Positions 12,668-28,795 are shown, counted from the stretch's first letter. The stretch: 64,000 bases of DNA from Adineta vaga (GCA_021613535.1 CP075493.1:2108001-2172000), one strand, 5' to 3'. Numbers and translations: made by a program. The notes: a model not told the origin generated them from the letters alone.

Positions 12668-13621
12668 TGCGCGTTAATATGTACGACAAGCTAAAAAACA
12701 AAAGCACATTTTATTCTTGAAGAACAAAAGAAGAATTTCGTCTTTTACTTGTTGTTACTGTTGTTGATGATTCCGGAGTCGTAAAGCGCAGAAAAGAAAA
12801 GTGCCGAGTCAGCCGAAAACACACGATTTTAGCACGTACAAGATGGCTACTTCAAATCTACCTCCTTAAAAACGCGTCGTCTTCGACACTCTAACTCTTG
12901 TTATGATTCTATTCAAGTTATTTATGTATTTTCTAAGTAATATAAACGGCGACATCTATAAAGATGTTCGATTGATTTGCTTCAAAGAACCAAACAGCGA
13001 ATCCAAGATTGGTTTCGATCTCAAACCAAACCACTCAAACAACTCGGACTCGGACTCGGACTCGAACGATGTAGCCTTTTGTTGTTGATTCTTAAAGAAA
13101 CAAATGAATATTTCAATTAGTCAAATCAATCATATCTGTATTCTCAAAAACTAAACCTAAGATAGCAGAATACGAATAAAGGATTATTCTTTCTTGATAT
13201 TCGAATTAATCTTGTGTGAAAACAAATTAGATATGAATTGAACAAAACTATTGTATTTCAATGATTTATTGGAATTATTTGATTTAATACTAATCGTTTA
13301 CATGGTTTTTAATGATTTTACATTTAACATCGTAGAGTATCTATTGGTCAAGGTCGAAAAAATGCTATGTTTTTACACTACACATAAATTTTTCTCAATT
13401 AATATTCTTTCTAAACAGAAAAATATCCATTTACTAACAGTAAACTGATACACATCACTTTTTTCTCTAATTACCGGTATATGTCATGCTCGATATATGT
13501 TACGCATAAGCCAACGTTCGCGTGTATATTTTCTCTACTCAAATATATTTACATACCTGTATATTTCAATATTCTATCATCCTTTACTGATACACGAAAC
13601 ATAAACATAGCTATATAAGTC

Positions 13622-14472
13622 ATGCGCAGTAACGGTACTCTTCGACTTATCGATGGTAATAGAATACCTTTGTTCGGCCTTGGTCTCTATCAAGCAGAAG
13701 CTAATTTCTGGACAGTACGTTTAGTAAAATCAGCAATATCCAACGGTTATCGTCTTTTTGATACTGCTGAACACTATGAAAATGAATATGAAGTTGGACA
13801 AGGTATACGAAAATCAGGTATACCACGTGAACAAGTATTTGTTACAACGAAAGTTTATTCAACTGAGGGTGGACGTCGTCATGTTTTAGATTGCGTTCGG
13901 GAAAGTCTTATGCAACTGATGGTTGATTATATTGATCTTTATTTAATTCATGCTCCGCAAGGTGGACATGTTCTTGAAGCTTATGATACATTACATGAAC
14001 TTCGAAACTTAGGTCGAATACGTTCGGTTGGTGTCAGTAATTTTGGTATTCCACATTTAGAAGTTATTCGACAAACCGGTCGTCCATTACCAGTTGTTAA
14101 TCAAATTGAATTACATCCCTTCTGTCAACAACGTCCAATAGTTAACATTGTCGTCGACATGGTATTATACTAATGGCTTATTCACCATTAGCACGTGGAG
14201 CAGTATTGAATGATCCATTTGTTCTTCAATTAGCAAGAAAATATCGACGTACACCAGCACAAATTCTATTGAGATGGTCTTTACAAAATGGATTTATTCC
14301 TATACCAAAAACAGATCGTTTGAATCGATTAAAAGAAAATCTTCAGATATTCGATTTTCATCTAAGTACAAATGATATGAAACAATTAACTGATTATGGT
14401 TACCAACGACAGATGATGTCAGAATGGGACCCAACAAATAATACTACCGTTCAGTTCGGAGCTATTTATTAA
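13622..14472 (+). pseudogene. Aldo-keto reductase (2,5-DKG reductase-like), intronless, with one 1-nt frameshift near 14145 (pseudogene or sequence error)
   Basis: 'GYRLFDTAEHYENE', 'FVTTKV', 'YIDLYLIHAP', 'SVGVSNF', 'NQIELHPF', 'AYSPLARG', 'IPKT'. The two ORFs join as PIV-x-HCRRHGIILMAYSP if one base is restored. Confidence 0.85.
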
Positions 14473-14515
14473 AACAAATTTAGTTTTCTTTTCATCTATA
14501 TTTAGAATAAAAGTT

Positions 14516-15087
14516 TTAATTCATATTTGTATATTCTTCTATCGGCATAGCAACTAAATCGAGAACTGGCGATGCGTTTTGCCCTTCATATTTAGTAATT
14601 ATTGCAGTAATTTGTCCCCGATGATGCGTATTATGATTAAATATATGATCTAATGTCCTGCACGAATACGTTCGTGTTTCTTGCCTTTCGTATCAAAATA
14701 CGTAAATGTTTCTTCTTTCATTAAAGATTCAGGATCCAGTTGTTGAACATAACCTATCCAACGATTACATTCAATAAAGATTCGTTGTCGAAGATCTTGA
14801 CGATCAGTTACAGCTTGTTCCCATTCATTTGGTGGTCGAACCCAATAAGAATTTAATTCAAATGGATATTGTTCATCATGTAAAGGATTTGATGATGAAC
14901 GAGAATACCAAACTTTACTTGACAGAAGTAAATGGACTAAAGTACCATGAATGGATCGAAAAAAGAGACCATTATCGGCATGATACTTTTCATCAGATAT
15001 ATGTTTGTCTAATTTATCATAAAGTTGACGATAAGCCCATCGATTATAGATGGCCATACGAAGAAAATGTTGTTTATACGCATTCAT
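14516..15087 (-). pseudogene. DinB/YfiT-like four-helix metalloprotein, intronless, with one 1-nt frameshift near 14657 (pseudogene or sequence error)
   Basis: 'MAIYNRWA', 'GLFFRSIHGTLVHLL..VW'; the shifted frame continues 'TLDHIFNHNTHHRGQITAII...PVLDL' to TAA 14518-14516. Confidence 0.85.
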
Positions 15088-16479
15088 TTGTTTATGAATT
15101 ATATTATTTTCTAACTAAATCACACACACACATACACACCATATGGAGAATATATCATAGAGCTTGCCTTCGTAAATAACTTGTTCGTTCTGCCACACAT
15201 AGAGGTCATTGACAGCAGACGCGTAAAACGCTACTTACTTTATTAAAAATTCGAACAGTAAATTGCGGTTGACTATGACAATATCTAAGATGTTTTGATT
15301 ATTACTCTCTTGATTTTATTCATAGAATTTAATTAAAAAGAAATATTTACATGTCAAATAAAGAAAACGAAACCGATTATAATCGCCAAACTGACAAGTT
15401 AGAAAAAAAACAAGTCGACTATATACTTCATAAGTACACAGTTACTTTCACCGGCAAAAATAACATATGAATAAAATAGAATTTATAAAAAAATATAGAT
15501 TGATTACCATAGACTTTGTCAACAGAAAGAAAGAAAACGAACTGTACAAGCACTTCCATATACATACATGATAACATCCGTATACTTTTCAGAGGACCGA
15601 AAACAAAATAAGAACCCATTTGCTGAAATGATAAGAATAGAAAGAAAAACTTCATTTATGGAGGTCAAATCCGTAATATCAATTGCGAGAAAAAAGAACA
15701 AACACATACATCACATCACATCACATCACATCACATTTTGTCAAGAAAACAAATCGGATGAGATTCACACACATACATCACTTGATATCGCAGACAGATC
15801 GTCCAAGAAAGAAAACAGGGAGTGGGTTTAAAACCCTTGATTGTTTGTTTTAAAAAAGAATCAAAATAAATCATATATACACAGAAAAAAAAATCAAACC
15901 AATGTTTTGTTTTTACATACAGAAATATGGGTCAATCGTTAGGGAAAACATATCATCTTTCTCTCTCATCGCAATCGAGAAAATAGGTACTATAGTTATT
16001 TTTTTTCTTTTTCATCAGTATTGCACGAAAGATGAAATCAAATTTACTGTATATTATCTCACGAGCATATGCTGATGTACCTATGTTCTCATTTCAAATA
16101 AGTCCGAACAAAACAATTCAACGCGATCTGACTTAAATCTCTACTCATTGATACAACAAAACAAATTTTAACAAGAATACTTATTTACAATCAAATATTT
16201 TACAGACTACCTTGATGCTATCCATCGACGATGCGATATGTACATAGCACACGGCATTAACAGTAAACCAGCTACTAAAAACAAAACGTTCGATATTCGC
16301 AATCAATTGTTGTTAGTTTTTCAAGTTCGAGATGAGAAAGATAAAGGAATGTAAGAGAAAGAAAAAGCCCGCCTCGGTTTATACCCATATTTAAAATACA
16401 CGCACCCGTTGGTTTTTCGTTATCGATTATTGCTTGAAGCTATACCATAATCTCTATGTACATGTTCATAAAAAAATAT

Positions 16480-17915
<1,436 letters not shown>

Positions 17916-19733
17916 AAATTCGTATTTACAGTAGAAAGAGCAAAAAAATAATTATCGATTAGATCGGGTCTAGTTTGACCTAAAATACATATTTAATCAA
18001 TTTAACACGAAATAGTTTCTATAGAACATTTCTGGTATACTCAAATGTTATCTCTATTAAAAAAAAACAGAAAAAACACTGACGCGTCATATTCGTGCTA
18101 ATAATTTTCGAAAAATAAAAAAAATTGCGAAAGAAAAAAGAAAAATGAAGATATTTACTGTATTACATAATATAGAAAGAGAAAGAAAGTTTTTAAGCAC
18201 ATGACATAAGAATATCATCTATTCTGTTCTGTCAAATGAAAACAAAAAACACGTATGAGAAAGAAATATATAAGTTGTACTCTTATTTATGCGTATGTTC
18301 TATAGTCCCGTGATAGTCAGAACTACGTCGACTATCATCTTTGTACTACGAGTAATGATGAATGAAATAGTTGGCTTCTCGCCTCATGTGATGGTTTTCT
18401 CTCTTTCTCTCTCTCTTTTACTCCATGGCGTACTTTCTTTTCCTTTTTTCCATTGACACAATGTCACGTTCTTCTCGAAACCTACCCCCTTACTTCTTTT
18501 GTTTTTTTTCTCCTTCTACGACGTTGAAAAAAAGTTCTCTTATACTTCGTGTTTTTGTGGTTGTCAAACTAACACTCGATCTTAGTTTTTCGAATCGCAT
18601 TCACCAACTATCGTTTGGCTCGAAATCAAAAAAATGATTTTCTCTTAGCAAAACGAAATCGCGAAATTTTGATGCGTCATTTATGTATATAATGTCTTTC
18701 TTCCTTTCTATTCTTTGTGGTAGTAATATACGACCAAATGAGGTAATTTTTTACCGATATGCAAAAATGAAGAAGAAGAAGAAGAAGAAGAAAAAAAATA
18801 AATATGACGTCATGGAATTGTTTATTTCGGGGGCGTATGTGAATGTTTATAGCAACGAACAGAAGCAAAAGAAGAAGAAGAGAAAAAACAAGAAATAAAG
18901 AGAAAAGCTATGTAGAAAATGTGAAAGATATTTGTAAAATCGTGATTTACATCAATGATTGATACAGTTTGATTGAAATACGGATTGATAAGTAAACATA
19001 AGGAATGCAGGTAAGTAAAAATATGATGAGAATGCGAAAAGGTGTAAGAAATAACTATACTATCAGTATTGTCATCCGACTATATTTCGTGCTTCGTTTT
19101 TTTTTCTCTTCCTTCGCCGTACGATTGACATTTAATCGTCTAATAACGGAAAAATAAGTTGAAATAATACTCTTGAAAGTTAAGTGGTTAGTTTTAATGA
19201 TAATCTAACCGAATGTTAATTTTGAAATCTCATTTTACCTGTACAACTGTCACTCTACACCATATTTAAATCTTCATTGACAATATTAAAAAAAACAGAT
19301 CTTTACGTCCTTTCATTGGTTATGATTCATAGTTAAGAGATCAAATTTCTCTTTTTCTATCTTATATGCAACTTTAACATATATCAATTAATGATTTCTA
19401 GATGATTCTCTCACATTACATCGAAAATATCGAAAGTTAATCTCTATGTCATGTTATTTATAACTATGATTCATAAATCGGACAAATTTAGACACAAGTT
19501 TTTTCTTTTTCTTTTTATCAGATATTTACTCTGTTGCTATTAGAGATATGTATACAACATTGATTCTCTACGTAAGAGCAATTGGTATAAACCTTTCGTA
19601 TTGAGATTTTCTTTATTAATAAATTAACAAAACATCTATACAATTAAAATCTTAAAAATTTGTCTATCACTGTTTAAAGAAGAAGAAGAAGAAGAAGAAG
19701 AAGAAAACAAAGATTTTGTTTTCAATGAAAGAT

Positions 19734-21280
19734 CTATGGTATAATTGTTAATTTTGTTTTCATATCTTCTAAATCAATAATCTGTTCATGTTCATTTTGA
19801 ATTTTATCTAAATATGTTAAAATATTTCCAATAGTTCGTTCTTCATGACAATCACCATTGATTAATGGAATAAATATTTCATAATAGATTTTATTTGAAT
19901 ATAATTTATGTGTAACTAATCGTATTTGTTCATCATTAAGCCATAAATCATCTTCAGGAGTTCGAATTGATAACGTATCTGATTGATTATCATCATCGAT
20001 ATCGTCATTTAAACGATTTAATTCAATAAAATATCGAATAGTTTCAATAGAATAAAGTTCAAATGATGAATTAATTAATAATTCATATAAAAGACGTTTA
20101 ATTTTCACTTGTGAAAAGCCATGAATTGACATCATATATAAATCAAATAAACGTCGTAAACTATCATATGTTCGTTCATGTAAAATAATCGATTTAATTA
20201 CATAAATAATAATTTGTTTATCAAGATGTTCCAATGGATAATCAATACGATAATGATATTTTTTAAATATATATGTTAAACGACGAATAGTTAAACGTAT
20301 ATGATAACATTGTTCTGATGTTATCGAAAGATATTGATCTTCATTATCAAAATCATCAATCGTTAAACCTAAAAGAATAATAGCTAGATTTTGTACGATT
20401 GTATATAATGATATTCGAGAAGTAATCTTCGATGGATTCGTTGATGATGTAACTATAAATGGACCTTTGTAAATATGTGAAGTATTAAGAAAATTTTCAT
20501 ATAATGGATAAACTATTGGATTGGCATAGTTAACTGTACTAATAGCATTGTCAATCTAAAGAAATAGAATGAAAAATTAGAATTGAAATTCATCTTTATT
20601 TGACTTACTGTAGTAATCAATGATTGTTTAGTAATTGCATGTCCATATGTCATTGAATGATAGATTCGTAATAATTCAGCAACTCGATCGATAATTTTAC
20701 CGGAAAAATCATTCATATCATTTAATAATAGATAGAAAAGATTATTGATTTGAAAAATGGCTATTGTTGATGATGAAAATGATAAAACAAATTGAACAAT
20801 TGTATTAAGTTTGCCGGTATTAAAGATGATTTTATTGGTTGTACGTTGATATTTTTCTAATTCTTTACTTATACTTATAATCGAACGAATATTAAATGTT
20901 GAAAAATGTGTTAATTCGACATTATTTAAAATTAAATAAAACAAACGTTCAACAAAAACACGTTCTTGTTGTCGATGATGTTGACTAGAGAAAGAATAAA
21001 ATGAAAAAACCAAGAAAAAGAGATCATTTTACCTAAAACTACGAATATTAACCGGTTGTGTACGAATAAATAATTGAAATAATTGAATTTTTGATTGTAA
21101 TAACATATGTGCATTCTCTTCATCATCCGAATTCTCATTCGTATATAATGAATGATATTTAGTATTCATTAGAAAGTTTCTATATGCATTTTGTAATTGT
21201 TTTTTTTCATGTGGACGAAAAAAATCATTGTCTATTTGATAAGAATCCGGCAAATGCCATACTGTTGTTGATATTGCCAT
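19734..21280 (-). CDS. Hypothetical multi-exon protein, probably alpha-helical
   Basis: Three long open stretches joined by short GT-AG introns (~21030-20986, ~20600-20556); acceptor 'ttcag' ~10 nt before ATG 21280. No family recognised. Confidence 0.7.
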
Positions 21281-21517
21281 GAAGATCGATCTGAAGATTG
21301 AATAAAAATCAATTTGTTAATATATGTATAGATTAGAAAAAGGATGGCATAGGTTAATTCACTAAGTTTTGATTTTGAAGAAAAAAGAAAACGCGTACAA
21401 TACAGAAAATGTCTACAGTGTTAGAAAAGAAATGCCAATGGACGGCGAAGAAAACAGATCTACATTTTGGCACCGATAATTAAAGCATATGGAATGTATT
21501 TTTTGTTTTCTTTTTGA

Positions 21518-24500
21518 TCAATGTGTTCGTAAAATATTTAATTTACGTAATTCAAGTTTCACACTTGATATCTGTTGATCAACACGTTCAATTTCACGTT
21601 CAAGAACATCAAATAATTGTCGATCACTTTTCGTTAATCCACGCATTGGTATACGATTAATTCGAGCTTCTAAATCACGTTTTTTCTTTAATAATTCATC
21701 GAATTTTTCTTCTAATTGTTCACTTTGTTTTAATTGATTATCAATTAAATCCTTAATTAAAAGATTCTATAGCAATTAACTTTTCCACAATTAAAATACT
21801 ATTTACTCGTACTGGCATTTGATCCATTGAATGAGAATTTTGTGGTGATTTTCTTGGAGAATATAATGGTCCTATGAATTAATATTTATGTATTCGATAT
21901 ACAATTGAAGAGAGTTCTTTTACTTGCTGATGGTACATATGTTGGAGGAAATTTGGGTTTATCATTGATATAATCATTAAGAGTTAATAATGGACGTGGA
22001 GAATTACCATGATGAAATATATCTTCGGAATCTAAATTGAATTATTTGTACATTGAAAGTGTTTTCTTTTATTCTTACCGTTGGAGTTATATCTTGTCGA
22101 ATCTCGATTCGTAGATCTTGGTGAAGTTACTGTCGAAGTTGAATATCGTGATGTTGATACGGTAAATCGTCCATATTCTCGTGATGTTGGGATATTCATC
22201 GGTATTGTTGAACCATATTTTTGATTATCCGAATTTCTAGTGGATAGAAAAGAAAAGGAATAAATAGGAAATGGAAACTAAAGATTTACCGTTGTGTGGT
22301 ATTTTCAGTTGAATAACCTGATTGTCGATAAGTTTTATTTTCATTTTCTAAATCTCGATAACGTTCTTCAAGACGAAGAAGACGTTCCTAAATAATCAAG
22401 AAATAATTCATAAGAAGAAAACGAGACAAGTTCTTTGACATACTCGAGTAAGATTCAAATCACTTGTCATTTTTTCATTATCTTGTCGATAAAGTAATGC
22501 TTGTTTATCTGAAAATCGAATCTTTTCATCTTGTCGATCTTTTAACTAGATAATAAACGAAATATTCAACCTGAAGTTTGCTATTCGACAAAGAAATACT
22601 AACATTTCGTGCTTCAGTTATTTGCAGTTGAAGTTCATTGATTATTCGTTGATGATTTTTAAATTCAATATCTTTGGTATTTATTTGATTACGTAATTCT
22701 TCAAGATGTCTTTTCAAACTTTGATTTTCATCCGTCGTTGTTTTCTATTCAATACAAAAAAAGAAGAAATATACAAATTACTTATAGACAATCTATCATC
22801 GCAAATAGATTATGTAAGTTCGACATTTTAAACTCCACTGAAAAACGTTTTCATTTCATTCAACATACTAAAGTATGACGTAAATCTTTCGTTTCATCTT
22901 GTAAACGAAGATTTTCATTTGTAAGACGTTCGAGAGTTTCCAATGATTGTCGATTCGTACTACTACTATGGCTAAATAGAAGAGAAAAAGCAGGTCGCTT
23001 TGTTTTTTTGTTTCTCATCAAATAAAATTCGTATATTCATACCCCATTTTGAGATTATTCAATTGATTTTTAAGTTCTTCAATTTCATGTTCATAATATA
23101 ATTTTAAATCCGATATATGTTTTGCATGTTTAGTTGACAATTCTGTTCTAAGACTAAACAAATAAATAAATAAATAGAATTGATTTCTTCTTTTCGCACA
23201 TTACATTAAAGAAATTTAACACTTAAGAATACTTTCGAAATTAGATTGACACGTTGGAGACTATTAAACACAAGTTTTTATGAAAGTCATGTTAAAGACG
23301 TAAAAACATGTGTGAGATTAAGAAAAAACATCTCGATGTTGATTGACAAATAAATAAATAAATAATAAGAGGAAAAGAAAATCATGAAATATCGAAGAAT
23401 TTCATTTTTGTCAATCAATCAATCGATTGATTGATTTCATAGATGGAAAATGTATAAATGTCTGAGAAAGAACGTTAACAATCATCTAAGTTGATTAGAT
23501 CGAGTTTGTTCGTTCTGTATAGTTAAAAGAGAAGTTTGGTTATTTGATAGGCTTCTTCATCTGTTCTTTCTCTCAATGTCCTTGAAGAAATTATTCAATT
23601 AGAATCGATTTGAAACTTTCTTTTTTTTGTTATTGATTAAAAAAAACATACTTACATTGAAATATCTTCTCTTGAGTGTGATCGTGAAAGATTAGCTTTA
23701 CATGACGGTCGTTTATCTAACGAATAATACGATCGATGTGGTTGAGGATGTGAACCTGTTCGATAGTGTTCATCATTTAAATCATGATTACGACGAAAAT
23801 GGATAGATGAATCGAATGATTCAGATTTTGATTCTTGTAAATTTAAACTTGAGAAGAAAAGAAAAAAAGAAGATTTAAAAGAAAATTCATCAGATGATCA
23901 TTTACCTATTCGTTGATGATAAATATTCTTCAAAACGTCGTTTCATTTTCTCTTCAAGTTCTTGCATATAAACTTCATATTGTTTTTGTTGTTTTTCTAA
24001 ACGTTCTTTATGTTCACGTTCGAGTTTTTCTAACATTGACATCCAAGTTTCCTAGAAGAACAAAGATAATGTTTGATTTTCTCTCGGTTAGGAATTTTTA
24101 CATTATTAAATGATTGATTATTATCTTCATGATTGATATGTCGTGACGAAGAAGATCGATGATGATGATGAGGATGAGGATGATGATGATGGTGATGACA
24201 TTTCTTTTTACTTGGACTTGTCCGATCTATCGGTTGATTTGATAAACGTCGAAGTAAAATATCACTTGCTGATGTACAAGGTCGTGTTTGTTGAGTAAAA
24301 ACTTGTTTTAAATGAGTATTTAAATCATTATAATCTTCATCAATAGAAAGATGTGGTTGAGATGTCGAATGTAATTTATGTTTATTTCGATGAACAATAT
24401 ATTCAGCAACTGAATCTGTATCTGAAGATGCTGATAATTGATGTAAACGAGGACGAGATCGTTGTTTAGGAGAAGTAGGAATTGATGCTTTGGGCTTTTC

Positions 24501-26388
24501 ATGAGGTGGTGAACTTGGTTGTGTTGGTTGTTGTTGTTGAGGTTGTTGTTTCGGTGGTGTACTATGAATTTCATCGATTGGTTGTGCAAATATGACAACA
24601 GTCGGTGATTGCATGTATCCATCTGTACCATTAAGTAAATCATTCCAATTCAATGGAAAATCATGAGCTTGTTCGTGGTTTTCAATACGTACAGTTGAAT
24701 TTGTATTTAAACGTGGTATTGATGATAGAGTTTCATCTTGAATATGAGTTGAATTTTGTGTCGAAAAACGAGAATTTACATTTGGTTTCAATGATGATGG
24801 TGATGTGATGTTCTATATGTGAAAGAGAAAAAAAAGAGATGTGTTATTACAAGGTAAGTTTCACATAAGTTTTGATTGCATCAGTCGACGAAGAATATGC
24901 ATATATGTATGAGTAAGTCTAAGGCCTTTTTTATACGAAGGTAAATAGAAATATGATTATATCCTTGAGCGAAAATCTCTCTTAAATGAATATTTAATAT
25001 CAACAGAATTGAAGGATATATTCTTTTTTCAAAGTCAAAAAATTGATTAATTTAATTAGAGTTTAGATAATCTGTACATAACACTTGTAATTTGAATGTT
25101 AGAAGGCTAACTATGTATTGTAAGACAATGATAGACGAATATTATGAGATTTAAAGTTTCTAAGTTGTTTCTAAATGTCTAGACTTGTAATATGTATCAA
25201 CGTGTTTAAGAAAGGACAAGTGGCGTTAAGGTTTTTTTCTTCATAAAATAGTCTTATTTCCTTCTATATCGTAAATCAAAGATTGATTGTAATCTGTTTT
25301 CATCTTATCAAGAAAATGTCAATTGATATCATCCATTTATGAGAAAAAAAAAGTTCTATTGAATAATCATATCATGTCACAAATGATATTGATCTAAAAT
25401 CTTTGTTTTAATTTTTCAAATCGAAGAACATCAATTCTATGTATTCTTGTTTTTGTCTTCATCTATTTTATTAAGATTCGATTACTAATTTACTATTTAT
25501 CCAAGATAAATAGACTACTATTTCAATCAACATACTTAAATCTTAATAAACTGACATCTTTCGTGAAAACAAAACACAAAAAAAATTAGATACGAACCTC
25601 TTGCTCGTAAAGAGTTCGAAGAGTTTCTTCGGTATGAACATTCATATCAGGATGATTATCATATTCTTCCGATAATTCTTCATGTATAGTTGCAGATATT
25701 GGATCAAAATTTTGTTGTAATTCATATATTGAACTCTCTTGGTCTTTCATGGAATCAATCGTTGGTTGAATATTTGTAGAAGATTGTTGATTGACAAATT
25801 CGGATGAATGATCAGATGATAAATTTTGATTTTTATCATCATTGGAGATTTCTTTGTCATCAACTATCGCATAATTTGAAGTTTCATCTGATAAGAGTTT
25901 GGTCACATCATACTTAATGAACATCAATCATATATATATAGAGAGAAGGGAAAAAAATGCGACAATTCTTTTCTATTACCATTCTTGTCTCACTAAAATC
26001 AAGGTCTTTTAATAATTGACTGTACTTTGGTTGACTAATACGAAGATCATTTGGTTCTTCATTCTCTTCGACTTGATTATCAACTGTATCTAAATAAACA
26101 AAAAAGGAGTCTTTCATTCCTTCTTTTTCTCTATCTAATGAATATAATTACCTTCTCGTTCTTCTTCTTCTTCTTCGACGATAATCTCAGTTGTCATTGG
26201 ATTATTATCATTAAATACTTGAGAATGATTATTAGCAAATGCAAAATGCGTTGTTGGAATAAATACAAATGGGACTAAGAAACCAATGAGAAATATGATA
26301 TTCAAAATAGTCTGAACAAAATTCACTTACATTCATTATGAACATAGAAGGACTGAGTTGGAATCTCTTCTATATTATCGGTTGTCAT
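21518..26388 (-). CDS. MPHOSPH9: M-phase phosphoprotein 9-like centriolar coiled-coil protein, multi-exon
   Basis: 'KHAKHISDLKLYYEHEIEELKNQL' and C-terminal 'LEARINRIP...LEREIERVDQQISSVKLELRKLNILRTH*' resemble MPHOSPH9 blocks. The 5' exons (ATG 26388) are less certain. Confidence 0.7.
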
Positions 26389-27942
26389 CTAGAAGGAAAC
26401 AAATGAATTTCTACATGGCTTTTTGGTGATTTTTTCTAACTCGAAAATGTACGAAGAAAGACAAGAGATACACATTTTTCTTCTGTCTTTCGTATATTCT
26501 ATTTCTTTTTTTCTTACACCTTTACAAATTTCTGTCAATGAAAAGAATGAAAACCTTGAGCTTACTTCTTTTACCTTTTTTCTCTCTTCTTTTCTTAAAC
26601 AATGTACAATATGATGTACATTAAAAGAAACAAAGAAGAAGAGAATATCGGTAATAGAGAAAAACAAAACGAAGACACTTCATAATGATGACATTTGGAT
26701 TTTCATTGGTCAACATGAGTGATATTTTCTTTTAGTATCAACTTGATCAAGGAGAATCTGATTCGTTATCAAGGTAGTCTATTTTACTATGATAATATCG
26801 AAAGCAATTATCAAACAACCGTATCCTATATGTCGTGCTTAGTGATTTAACATATCACTTGACATGTTAACATAGCGATTTGTTCGTTTCTTGCGTAACT
26901 TAACAAAAACTATATATGAAATGGTAATTATTTTTTTGTATATAGATGTACGCGTGAGTCTTGCAAAAAAAATAGAGTAGAACGAATGTATTCATCGATG
27001 AATATCTTTCTATGTAATCTGATCCTTGGATTGGTATTCAATAAGAAATCATTTGTTTAGAATGTAAAATTGAATGATTTTATACCTGAATTAATGTGAT
27101 TGGATTTAGAACTTTGTAATCTCTGAGAATAGCTATAAAATAAAGAATAAATAAATGAGAAAATACATAGTAAAAGAACTTACATTGAACACTTTTGTTG
27201 TAAGGAAAAGCTTCTTTTTTTTTCAAATCTAATTTGAATAGATTATTACTCTTGTTGTTGTTCTTTTCACATTATTTAAGCATAGTAACATCGTATCGTA
27301 TTTCAAAACAATCCATAACAACAAATGAACATCAGCCATGTCTGTTCAATTCAATTGAAAAAAGAAAAGAACATTAACTTCAAATCCATATGACTCATTA
27401 TTTACAAACATTGAATTCTTTTATCAAGAGGTCACTAGTTAACGAATGCAACAATTCATCATCATCATCATAGAAAATAAGTCCATAGTTTTTTTTATCT
27501 GGGTGCTTTTTACTTTACTTAAACTATAGACAACATATAAATGAACGAAAACGGAACAATACATAAATAAATGAAAGAAAGTGTTTGGAAATAAAATACA
27601 ATAAAATGGTAAGACAATAGGAAAAAAAAGAAGAAGATAGGAAAAGTATGAGTATTGCTTGTACTCATCTGACAAATATCGAGTAATTTTGATCTTATCT
27701 CATCACCTAATCGGATTTAACCTTTAGGTTTTTGTTTTGTTTTTCATTCGAAAAGTGGAGATCAATATAAAGAAAAAGACCAAATGAGAATGTGTAACTG
27801 AACGAGAAGAAAAGAAGAAAAAAGATATTTAAATATATACGTGAGATTCTCAGAGATTAAAAGTGACATTCCATGTAGACGAATAAGACACAAATGAGTA
27901 AACAGATTCATCATTTCTATATCTAACATTTACGAAAATGCA

Positions 27943-28795
27943 TTAATATGTTGGTGGTTGATAACTAGATTGTGCTTGTTGAGTTGCCGTAAATGGTGGT
28001 TGAGAAAAACTACCAACACCACCAGCAGGTGGATACCCACCATAAGTTTGTCCACCACCGGCAGAATGATCTTCATAACCGGAACTAAATAAATTTGAAA
28101 CACCTTCACGGTAACGACGAAATGCAAAGAAGGTTAATGCAGCCTAGAAAAGAAAATGAAATAGTCATAATAAAAATACATGTCAATATTTGCATATCCT
28201 ACCCAAACTAAAATTGAAAAGAAGGCAAATGCAATTGCCGCTTGAACACTATTTCGACCATTCCATCCTGCTAAATCCTTTTCATCCTCTTGTCGCCATT
28301 GATCAGTCATATAACAGAAACCAATAAACCAAAAGAATGTCAAGGCACCTTGATAAATTATTCATGAGATTTGAATATATTCACTAATAACTTTTTCCTT
28401 ACCTGATGCTCCTAATTCACCTAAAACAGCACTTCGGCGTGTTTTTACATTCGATATATTTGGAAAATAAATATCCAATGCTGTAAAACCAATAGTTAAA
28501 AGAAATGCAATTACACCAATGCCAACACCATAACCACAAGCATTTGATTCATTATAACGGCATTTCCCATCAACATAACCTTCTTGGGCAATTGATGCAA
28601 AAACAATCGTTGCAAAGACCTATGAAGAAAAAAAACAAAAGATTAATAATTAATCAATTCAAAATAAAGCACAAAATTTTATACCCAAGCAACAATGCGT
28701 AGAATCACTTGAGGTTTTTTAATAAATTCTATTGGATCAAAAGCTGATCCTGTTCGACCAGCACCGAATGCTTGTGGTTCGGAGGATGGATTCAT
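27943..28795 (-). CDS. SYNGR: Synaptogyrin (MARVEL domain), 4 exons
   Basis: 'AFGAGRTGSAFDPIEFIKKPQVILR', 'CRYNESNACGYGVGIGVIAFL', 'WFIGFCYMTDQW', 'QAAIAFAFFS', C-terminal 'YQPPTY*'. Confidence 0.92.

Noticed and set aside
12955-13070. (ACTCGG)3 and AAACC repeats upstream of the carrier gene
   Set aside because: Probably a transposon-end remnant or simple repeat; boundaries cannot be defined.
14140-14660. Programmed ribosomal frameshifting in AKR and DinB
   Set aside because: No slippery heptamer or stimulatory structure seen; simple deletions or consensus errors are more likely.
9014-15087. Bacterial contamination as the source of the foreign-looking genes
   Set aside because: Spliceosomal introns in two of them, host-like AT-rich codon usage and contiguity with metazoan genes.
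18556-18721. Two TGTGGT Runx sites upstream of Runx (autoregulation)
   Set aside because: Two hexamers in ~1.5 kb is not clearly above chance.
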